A DNA stretch of 64,000 bases from Paragordius varius (Eukaryota > Animalia > Nematomorpha): NCBI GenBank assembly GCA_964247055.1, contig OZ176052.1, forward strand, positions 13,082,001 to 13,146,000, read 5' to 3'. The notes beneath the pieces are model-generated. The model saw only the letters and a list, made by a program, of their open reading frames with translations, had not been told where the DNA came from and searched no databases. Of the stretch, positions 14,501 through 22,466 are shown one piece after another. The translations under genes and the position numbers were made by a program. Every line of letters begins with the position of its first letter. Within the stretch, counting starts at the first letter, position 1.

Positions 14501-17328
14501 AACAAAATTATTTTTTATACATTCTCTTAGTAAGACTACATCAAAATATAGAGATAGTTTGACAAACTCTATATCCGATTATTACAAGGATACTTTAAAA
14601 ATTAGTGTATAAAACTAGTCGCATCAATACTCAAGTTAAACTTTGTCCTTAAAAATCGGATATTGGTCACCGGTGAACAAAATTATTTTTTATACATTCT
14701 CTTACCAAGACTACATCAAAATATAGAGATAGTTTGACAAACTCTTTCATATCCGATTTTTACAACGATACTTTAAAAATTAATGTATAAAACTGGTCGT
14801 ATCAATAAATCGCATCAATACTCAAGTTAAACTTTGTCCTTAAAAATCGAATATTGGTCACCGGTGAACAAAATTATTTTTTGTACATTCTCTTAGTAAG
14901 ACTACATCAAAATATAGAGATAGTTTGACAAACTCTATATCCGATTATTACAAGGATACTTTAAAAATTAGTGTATAAAACTACTCGCATCAATACTCAA
15001 GTTAAATTTTGTCCTTAAAAATGGGATATTGATCACCGGTGAACAAAACTATTTTTTATACATTCTCTTAGTAAGTCTACATCAAAATATAGAAATAGTT
15101 TGACAAACTCTTTCATATCCGATTTTTACAACGATACTTTAAAAATTAATGTATAAAACTGGTCGTATCAATAAATCGCATCAATACTCAAGTTAAACTT
15201 TGTCCTTAAAAATCGAATATTGGTCACCGGTGAACAAAATTATTTTTTATACATTCTCTTAGTAAGACTACATCAAAATATAGAGATAGTTTGACAAACT
15301 CTATATCCGATTATTACAAGGATACTTTAAAAATTAGTGTATAAAACTAGTCGCATCAATACTCAAGTTAAATTTTGTCCTTAAAAATGGGATATTGATC
15401 ACCGGTGAACAAAACTATTTTTTATACATTCTCTTAGTAAGTCTACATCAAAATATAGAAATAGTTTGACAAACTCTTTCATATCCGATTTTTACAACGA
15501 TACTTTAAAAATTAATGTATAAAACTAGTCGTATCAATAAATCGCATCAATACTCAAGTTAAACTTTGTCCTTAAAAATCGGATATTGGTCACCGGTGAA
15601 CAAAATTATTTTTTATACATTCTCTTAGTAGGACTACATCAAAATATAGAGATAGTTTGACAAACTCTTTCATATCCGATTTTTACAACGATACTTTAAA
15701 AATTAATGTATTAAACTAGTCGCATCAATACTCAAGTTAAACTTTGTCCTTGAAAATCGGATATTGGTCACCGGTGAACAAAATTATTTTTTATACATTC
15801 TCTTAGCAAGACTACATCAAAATATAGAGATAGTTTGGCAAACTCTTTCATCCGATTTTTACAACGATACTTTAAAAATTAATGTATAAAAATAGTCGCA
15901 TCAATATTCAAGTTAAACTTTGTCCTTAAAAATCGAATATTGGTCACCGGTGAACAAAATTATTTTTTATACATTCTCTTAGTAACACTACATCAAAATA
16001 TAGAGATAGTTTGACAAACTCTATATCCGATTATTACAAGGATACATTAAAAAGTGTATAAAACTACTCGCATCAATACTCAAGTTAAATTTTGTCCTTA
16101 AAAATGTGATATTGATCACCGGTGAACAAAACTATTTTTTATACATTCTCTTAGTAAGTCTACATCAAAATATAGAAATAGTTTGACAAACTCTTTCATA
16201 TCCGATTTTTACAACGATACTTTAAAAATTAATGTAAAATAGTCGCATCAATAAATCGCATCAATACTCAAGTTAAATTTTGTCCTTAAAAATCGGATAT
16301 TGGTCACCGGTGAACAAAATTATTTTTTATACATTCTCTTAGTAGGACTACATAAAAATATAGAGATAGTTTGGCAAACTCTTTCATATCCGATTTTTAC
16401 AACGATACTTTAAAAATTGATGTATTAAACTAGTCGCATCTATACTCAAGTTAAACTTTGTCCTTAAAAATCGGATATTGGTCACCGGTGAACAAAATTA
16501 TTTTTTATACATTCTCTTAGCAAGACTACATCAAAATATAGAGATAGTTTGGCAAACTCTTTCATCCGATTTTTACAACGATACTTTAAAAATTAATGTA
16601 TAAAACTAGTCGCATCAATATTCAAGTTAAACTTTGTCCTTAAAAATCGAATATTGGTCACCGGTGAACAAAATTATTTTTTATACATTCTCTTAGTAAG
16701 ACTACATCAAAATATAGAGATAGTTTGACAAACTCTATATCCGATTATTACAAGGATACTTTAAAAATTAGTGTATAAAACTAGTCGCATCAATACTCAA
16801 GTTAAACTTTGTCCTTAAAAATCGGATATTGGTCACCGGTGAACAAAATTATTTTTTATACATTCTCTTACCAAGACTACATCAAAATATAGAGATAGTT
16901 TGACAAACTCTTTCATATCCGATTTTTACAACGATACTTTAAAAATTAATGTATAAAACTGGTCGTATCAATAAATCGCATCAATACTCAAGTTAAACTT
17001 TGTCCTTAAAAATCGAATATTGGTCACCGGTGAACAAAATTATTTTTTGTACATTCTCTTAGTAAGACTACATCAAAATATAGAGATAGTTTGACAAACT
17101 CTATATCCGATTATTACAAGGATACTTTAAAAATTAGTGTATAAAACTACTCGCATCAATACTCAAGTTAAATTTTGTCCTTAAAAATGGGATATTGATC
17201 ACCGGTGAACAAAACTATTTTTTATACATTCTCTTAGTAAGTCTACATCAAAATATAGAAATAGTTTGACAAACTCTTTCATATCCGATTTTTACAACGA
17301 TACTTTAAAAATTAATGTATAAAACTAG
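8520..17328. repeat. HOR domain 2: 12-monomer HOR, 2167-bp period, about 4 near-identical copies
   Basis: gtaacactac at 9481, 11648, 13815, 15982 and the G of ccttGaaa at 9251, 11418, 13585, 15752 are all exactly 2167 bp apart. The unit contains an internal 366-bp two-monomer duplication (gtaagtctac at 15071 and 15437). Confidence 0.95.
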
Positions 17329-17556
17329 CGCGCGCGTTCGACACCTTCAAATACAATTCTTATTACTTATAACAATTATTACAATTATCATTGTTATCTA
17401 TTTATTTTCCAAGTTTATTCTATCTTTTATCAGTTTTTCTCATTCTTTCAACAAATGCACGAAATTACCTTAGTAAAATATTCCAATTCAATAGGATTCG
17501 TATTCTATTTTATTTCATTTTTACTAATTGATATATATTTATGTATTTCTTTTTCA

Positions 17557-17657
17557 ATTATTACTATTATTATTATATTTTTGGTTAAAATTTTGATTCT
17601 TTTTTAGATTATTATTATTATTATATTTTTGGTTAAAATTTTTTGATTCTTTTTTAG
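17557..17657 (+). repeat. Tandem duplication of about 50 bp in the LINE 5' leader
   Basis: Two copies of (att)n-atatttttggttaaaatttt(tt)gattcttttttag at 17557-17607 and 17608-17657. Confidence 0.9.
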
Positions 17658-17735
17658 TTGCTTTATATATTAGTTACTATATATCTTAGTGTTTATTATC
17701 TACATTATTCTTCTTTATTGTATTTTTTGTTTTTT

Positions 17736-19502
17736 ATGAGTGTTTTTTGTAAGGCGTGCAGGCCAGACCCGGCCAGTCGCTGCACGGAGGTAGGGGCCAA
17801 TAGGGATAATGAAGGTTGTAGAATGTGTTTTGCCAGTATAAATGTTGGTTCGTTAAAAAGTAAGTTATATGATTTAGTTGAAACTATGAGGGTAAAAAAA
17901 GTAAATTTTTTGTGCATTCAGGAGACCAGATACCGTGGAAATGGTACTAAGACGTTAGAGGGTAATTATAAAATGTTTTATTCAGGTTCTACGGATGGTT
18001 ACTGTGGGGTTGCCATAATAGTGTGCCCAAGATTTGCCAATCAAGTAATTGAGGTTAGACGTGCTGACAGTAGAATCATAAGTGTCGACGTATTGTTAAA
18101 TAAGAGGGTTTTTACTATCTTTAGCGTTTATGCCCCCCAGATAGGTTTAACTAAACCGGAGAAAGATAAATTCTATGATTTGTTAGACGCAGAAATGACT
18201 TCATTAACGAAAGACAGAGAAATTATATTTTGTGGTGATTTCAACGGGCACGTGGGACAAAATAGGAGAGGTTTTGAACCTTGGCACGGCGGAAAAGGTT
18301 ACGGGGTTATAAATGAAGGAGGGGCTAGTTTATTAAGATTTGCCCAATCTTATAACTTTGCTATAACAAATACTTTTTTTACGAAAAGGGATAGCCACTT
18401 AATTACCTACGAAAGTGGAAATAAAAAGTCACAAATTGATTATATTCTAGTGCCACGAAAGTCTTTAAAGTTTGTTTTGGACTGCAAAGTGATACCTAAC
18501 TTGCAGATTAGCACACAACACAATTTAATTATGTGTAAATATATGACAGATATACCAATAAATGCCAAAAAGCCTAAGCTTATAGCGCCGAAGGTAATTA
18601 AATGGGATTCTCTAAGAAACAGTAAAGAAAGATTTGTAGAAACGGTAGACATACTAGACAGGAACAGTGATCCAGAAAGTGTTTGGTCTCAGGTGGCAAA
18701 AAAAATAAGAGAGGCGGCAGTTAAGGTGTGCGGAATGAAAGGTGGCAGAAACCAGGTTTATAGAGAGGCATGGCTGAAAGACGAAAAAATAATTCTGAAA
18801 TCGCGAGAGAAAAGAAAAGCTTTTAAAATGTGGAGGTTTACCCACCAAGCAGAAGACAAGGAAAAATATAAAAGGATTAATAAGGAACTTAAAAGGCTTG
18901 TAAGATTGGTCAAAAAAGAAAAGACGGCATCATTATATGAAGAGTTGAACAGTAAGCAAGGTCTAAACAAAGTTTTTAAAATTGCTCGACAAAGACACAG
19001 AAGAAAGCTGGACTTGCCCCCTTACGCGACAGCTATTAAAGATAAGAAAGGCAAATTACTCGTTGAGGAAGCGAAAATATTGAAAAGGTGGAAAGAATAT
19101 TTCCAGGAGCTTGAATTGGGCGTCAGTGAAACAAGTTTACCCGAAACACCAGATTATAAATCTGCGCATATTGAAAGTATAACAAAGGAAGAAGTCCAGG
19201 CTGGTTTTGAAGAGATGTCAATAAATAAGGCTGCAGGTCCAGACGATATTAACATAAACTGTTGGAAAATATTGTCAGAAAAAGGTATTGAATTTTTAGC
19301 AGATATTTTTAATAATGTAGTTACTACAGGTATGATACCAACCGAATGGAAGGAGAGTTTCACTGTTCCCATTTTCAAGGGTAAAGGAGATATTAATGAT
19401 TGTAATAATTACAGAGGGATAAGATTGATGTCGCATACAATGAAGTTATTTGAGAAAGTACTAGAGAAAAGAATAAGAAAAATGGTTAGTATAGAGCAGT
19501 GA
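17736..19502 (+). CDS. RTE ORF, 5' part: apurinic-like endonuclease plus start of the RT domain, truncated by the hAT
   Basis: The ORF track starts at a TTG (17658); in-frame ATGs are at 17736 and 17823. APE motifs: ASINVG, CIQETR, SVYAP, GDFNGH, IDYIL, TQH. Early RT motifs: KAAGPD, NYRGIRLMSHTMKLFEK. The final CAG TGA (19497-19502) belongs to the hAT left TIR. Confidence 0.93.
   Translation: MSVFCKACRPDPASRCTEVGANRDNEGCRMCFASINVGSLKSKLYDLVETMRVKKVNFLCIQETRYRGNGTKTLEGNYKMFYSGSTDGYCGVAIIVCPRFANQVIEVRRADSRIISVDVLLNKRVFTIFSVYAPQIGLTKPEKDKFYDLLDAEMTSLTKDREIIFCGDFNGHVGQNRRGFEPWHGGKGYGVINEGGASLLRFAQSYNFAITNTFFTKRDSHLITYESGNKKSQIDYILVPRKSLKFVLDCKVIPNLQISTQHNLIMCKYMTDIPINAKKPKLIAPKVIKWDSLRNSKERFVETVDILDRNSDPESVWSQVAKKIREAAVKVCGMKGGRNQVYREAWLKDEKIILKSREKRKAFKMWRFTHQAEDKEKYKRINKELKRLVRLVKKEKTASLYEELNSKQGLNKVFKIARQRHRRKLDLPPYATAIKDKKGKLLVEEAKILKRWKEYFQELELGVSETSLPETPDYKSAHIESITKEEVQAGFEEMSINKAAGPDDININCWKILSEKGIEFLADIFNNVVTTGMIPTEWKESFTVPIFKGKGDINDCNNYRGIRLMSHTMKLFEKVLEKRIRKMVSIEQ
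19489..19496 (+). repeat. 8-bp target site duplication, left copy (GTATAGAG)
   Basis: Identical to 21284-21291. The 8-bp length is diagnostic of hAT, and the central TA fits the Buster nnnTAnnn preference. Confidence 0.97.
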
Positions 19503-19508
19503 TACTCA
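19497..19508 (+). repeat. hAT left terminal inverted repeat
   Basis: CAGTGATACTCA, immediately after the TSD. Confidence 0.93.
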
Positions 19509-19512
19509 AACC

Positions 19513-19537
19513 GCGGCCCGCGGGCCGCATGCGGCCC
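19513..19537. other. hAT subterminal motif array: three alternating GCGGCCC copies at 9-bp spacing
   Basis: gcggcccgcgggccgcatgcggccc forms two overlapping perfect 16-bp palindromes (19513-19528 and 19522-19537). GGCCC recurs near the right end at 21223 and 21252. Probable transposase-binding sites (inference). Confidence 0.75.
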
Positions 19538-19966
19538 TAAGAGCGCTTTAAAATTGCCCTATGACCATATTGGTACTTAAATTATTTTTTTATTGATGTA
19601 CACATAAACAAATTTTCGCTTATTTTAATATTAATTTATTTTCTTTAAAATTAATTTTGTTTTATTATTTACCCAATTTGAAATGTAGAAAAATTTCCCT
19701 ACATTAAAATGATTTCAAATTTTGGCATACTCTTTTCTATTTTGAAATTTTTATTCCATTCCTTTTTGTATTTAAGCAAGCCTTTCGCCCAAACTTCCAT
19801 ATACATATTCTTTTCATTGCTATCCTGCATCATTTTTAATAACTTATGCCCATAAATATTTTTCAAATCAATATCATTAAATTTCGCCTGTTTTTTTATA
19901 GCATAATTCAAATTATATTCCTATTTTTTTTGAAAAAATCATTATATTTAAATATAAATTCAAAGA

Positions 19967-21055
19967 ATGACATCTAATGGTAAAAAACGTAAATTCTCCG
20001 ATAAAAATCGTTCCTTTATAAAAGAATGGGAAGAAAAAATTTTTGTCGTTTTAAATAAAAATGTTTTTTACCTGCCTCATATGTAAGGACAACATAATCA
20101 ACGAGGAATATTTAAAATTTTTACCAATGAAGAATACACGAAAGGAATCGATTAGAACTTTTTACGATAATAATGGTATATCTATGAAATTGGTTTCGCT
20201 GCAGAGATGGCTGTGCCTCTATGATTGGAATAAACAAAGAATTTATTCATCTTTAAAAACAAAATAATTTGAAAAATATTTTATCCTTTCCCTGCTTTAT
20301 TCATCAGCAAAACTTGGTTTCGCGTGTAAAAGATGAATCACCCAATTCAGTAACTAAAACCTAGTGGATATAGTTAACCACATCCGTGGCAGAGAATTAA
20401 ACCTCCGTTTAAAACAACTTCTGATTATTAGCCTGCCTTTGCGACATTACTAAAATACAAGTCTTCAAGGGAGCAAAATAGTAACCCAATTTGCTATTAA
20501 AATATTTGCTTTTGAAGCAATAATATATAAACAAGATTATATACACTCCCATATTTTCCAACACTTAAAACTATTCATGAAGAAAATGGAATTTAATGCG
20601 GAGATTAATTTAATAACAGACAATCATTTAACATTTCTATCTAATAAGTTCAAATTTTGAGAAAGAAATATTTAAAAATTCATTGTAACTCGTTGTCATG
20701 GCATATGGGTATCTCCAATAGTAAGCAACTTGAACATTTCGGTTTTGATCAGGCGCATATCATAGAATTCATAGATTCTAAAAATTATTCTAATTAGGAG
20801 TCTATATTCAAAGAAATCATAGCGAAGAAAGATATGGGTTTTGGCAAGATGTGCCAAATAAATATGAAAATATTAAAATATGCTCAAGTTATCCTAACTG
20901 TTTTTCCCTCAACTTACACGTGTGTGAGACGGCATATTCAAAAATGAAATATGTCAAGAATATATACATAAATCGCTTAACCGAATCAAATGGACGACAT
21001 GTTAAGATTAACCTGTCATGAGGCGAAACCGAATTTGTCAAAAATTATTGGTTAA
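19967..21055 (+). pseudogene. Decayed, internally deleted hAT transposase (GTF2IRD2/SPIN/Buster-like)
   Basis: Manual translation across frameshifts gives MTSNGKKRKFSDKNRSFIKEWEEK..TCLIC (N-terminus and start of the BED finger), KLVS..DGCASMIG (catalytic Asp motif), PCFIHQQNL (CxxH), VNHIRGRELN, SLQGSK, and FPSTYTC/ETAYSKMK..NRLT (catalytic Glu and dimerisation region, with a TG-repeat frameshift at about 20921-20926). It has multiple stops and frameshifts. Confidence 0.88.
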
Positions 21056-21271
21056 TATCAAAATAAATGTTATAAAAATATTTAATTTTAAACTAAATGG
21101 TGCAAAACGCGTTTTTAGCTGGATTTACATGCGATCCGCCAAAAATTCATTGTGCTGATTTAGAGTTAAATATGTACATATGTGTCAAATAGCTATGGAA
21201 TATTTTCCATCATAAGGTTCATGGCCCTCGAAAAAAAAATATATTTTATTTGGCCCGTCAAATTTTTTTGG

Positions 21272-21283
21272 TGAGTACCACTG
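21272..21283 (-). repeat. hAT right terminal inverted repeat
   Basis: TGAGTACCACTG, one mismatch to the left TIR, immediately before the TSD. Confidence 0.93.
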
Positions 21284-21291
21284 GTATAGAG
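21284..21291 (+). repeat. 8-bp target site duplication, right copy (GTATAGAG)
   Basis: Identical to 19489-19496. Confidence 0.97.
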
Positions 21292-22416
21292 GGTAATCAA
21301 TTTGGTTTTATTCCAGGAAAATCCACCATTGATCCAATTCACGCAGTAAGAAGGCTAATCGAGAAGCATATAGAAATGAAAAAGGAGTTGCATGGTATTT
21401 GTATTGATATTGAAAAGGCATTTGACAGAATACCTCGGAGCACAATATGGTGGAGCTTAAGACGGAAAAAGGTCCCTGAAAGTTACATAAAGATTTTACA
21501 AAGCATGTACGAATCACACCAAACCAAAATTAAAACACACCAGGGAATATCAGGTCCTATTACAATAAACGAAGGGGTCTATCAGGGGTCTGCAATCAGC
21601 CCGTTACTATTTATAATATGCATGGACGAAATTTCAAAAGAAGTAGGACAACATGATGGCTGGTATTTTCTTTATGCAGACGACCTAATAGTCCTGTCCG
21701 ACGAGTTGCATGAATTAAAAGAATCGGTGGGTAAATGGATTGATGTGTTACGACGATGCGGATTAAAAGTTAACAAAAAGAAAACGGAACTGATAAATTT
21801 TGGTGGGAAAAAACGAGAAATAGAATTAGAAGAAGGGTGGGTATTAAAAGGTCAGGAAGAATGCAAATATTTAGGAGCAATATTAGCAGCTGATGGATCT
21901 TTAACACTTGATATTAATTTAAGAATTCGAAATAGTTGGGCAAATTACAAAAAGATCTCAAGTGTTTTGTGCGACAAAAATATTGACCTAAAAGTAAAGG
22001 GTAAGATTTACAGTGCTGTTGTACAACCAACAATGATGTACAACTCACAGACATGGGCAATAAAGAAATCAGAAGAGAGGCACTTTGAGGTTACTGAAAT
22101 GAGAATGCTTAGATTGATGTGCGGTGTAACGAGGAAAGACAAGGTGAAGAATGTCTACATAAGAGGAAGTACGGAAATCAAATCGGTAACGCAAAAGATG
22201 ATGGTAAATCGTTTAAGATGGTTTGGACATGTTGAAAGAAGAGATAAAAATTACATTGGTAAAAAGATTGATGATTATATTGTAAAAGGCAAGAGGGGAA
22301 AAGGGCGCCCTAAAACGCGATGGATAGATACAGTTAAGAGGGACATGGCAAAACTAAACCTAAAACGCGAAGACGCCTTAGACAGGGTTCTATGGCGAAA
22401 TAGTTTACGGATATGA
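21292..22416 (+). CDS. RTE ORF, 3' part: reverse transcriptase core and C-terminal region
   Basis: Motifs QFGFIPGKST, IDIEKAFDRI, QGSAISPLLF, YADD (21673-21684), YLG. The first 14 residues of the listed ORF (21250-21291, TTG start) come from the hAT right end and TSD and are not LINE sequence. Confidence 0.95.
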   Translation, partial: GNQFGFIPGKSTIDPIHAVRRLIEKHIEMKKELHGICIDIEKAFDRIPRSTIWWSLRRKKVPESYIKILQSMYESHQTKIKTHQGISGPITINEGVYQGSAISPLLFIICMDEISKEVGQHDGWYFLYADDLIVLSDELHELKESVGKWIDVLRRCGLKVNKKKTELINFGGKKREIELEEGWVLKGQEECKYLGAILAADGSLTLDINLRIRNSWANYKKISSVLCDKNIDLKVKGKIYSAVVQPTMMYNSQTWAIKKSEERHFEVTEMRMLRLMCGVTRKDKVKNVYIRGSTEIKSVTQKMMVNRLRWFGHVERRDKNYIGKKIDDYIVKGKRGKGRPKTRWIDTVKRDMAKLNLKREDALDRVLWRNSLRI

Positions 22417-22440
22417 CCGCTCGAAAGAGTGATATCATAT
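22411..22440 (+). other. Predicted 3'-terminal RNA stem-loop of the LINE with GAAA tetraloop
   Basis: ATATGA-C-CGCTC-GAAA-GAGTG-ATA-TCATAT: a 6-bp outer stem and a 5-bp inner stem (one G.U), overlapping the stop codon and just before the tail. Confidence 0.7.
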
Positions 22441-22445
22441 AATGT

Positions 22446-22466
22446 AATTATTATAATTATTATTAT
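22446..22466 (+). repeat. LINE 3' microsatellite tail, imperfect (ATT/TAT)n
   Basis: aattattataattattattat; the last TAT is shared with the resuming satellite. Confidence 0.85.

Larger units (their letters stand above)
1..17328. repeat. Satellite DNA array, left part (178-bp monomer, about 96 monomers)
   Basis: The anchor ggtcacc/gatcac recurs at 1, 179, 357, 535, 713 (178-bp period). Consensus is ggtcaccggtgaacaaaattattttttatacattctcttagtaagactacatcaaaatatagagatagtttgacaaactctttcatatccgatttttacaacgatactttaaaaattaatgtataaaactagtcgcatcaatactcaagttaaactttgtccttaaaaatcggatatt. The array ends at aaaactag (17328). Confidence 0.99.
19497..21283 (+). mobile_element. Non-autonomous hAT DNA transposon, Buster/Charlie-type (1787 bp)
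   Basis: Left end CAGTGATACTCA; right end TGAGTACCACTG (reverse complement CAGTGGTACTCA, 11/12 match). Flanked by the 8-bp TSD GTATAGAG. Subterminal GCGGCCC motifs. Internal decayed transposase remnants. Confidence 0.95.
17329..22466 (+). mobile_element. RTE-clade non-LTR retrotransposon (LINE), apparently full length, interrupted by a hAT insertion
   Basis: About 400-bp 5' leader, one APE+RT ORF split by the hAT, a 3' UTR of about 30 nt and an (ATT/TAT)n tail at 22446-22466. The C-terminal motif RLRWFGHVERR...GKRGKGRPKTRW is typical of RTE. No separate ORF1, RNase H or CCHC knuckle is evident. Net length without the hAT is about 3.34 kb, in the range of RTE elements. Confidence 0.93.

Noticed and set aside
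8520-17328. Near-identical HOR copies as an assembly artefact
   Set aside because: The copies carry distinguishing SNPs (cgcctc in only two copies; a private patch at about 16050), which favours real duplications. Read-level confirmation is still advisable.
18515-18530. TQH instead of SDH as an inactivating endonuclease mutation
   Set aside because: From recall, QH at this position is common in RTE-clade endonucleases, so it is not evidence of decay. An alignment with RTE consensus proteins would confirm this.
17705-19378. Short minus-strand ORFs (17705-17917, 18440-18652, 18654-18848, 18758-18970, 19154-19378)
   Set aside because: Antisense shadows of the LINE ORF with no recognisable motifs.
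20061-20267. 68-aa ORF as an independent gene
   Set aside because: It is a frame-shifted fragment of the decayed transposase spanning a deletion junction.
17658-22416. Two separate genes (614 aa and 388 aa ORFs)
   Set aside because: They are halves of one RTE ORF. The stop of the first and the TTG start of the second both come from the hAT ends.
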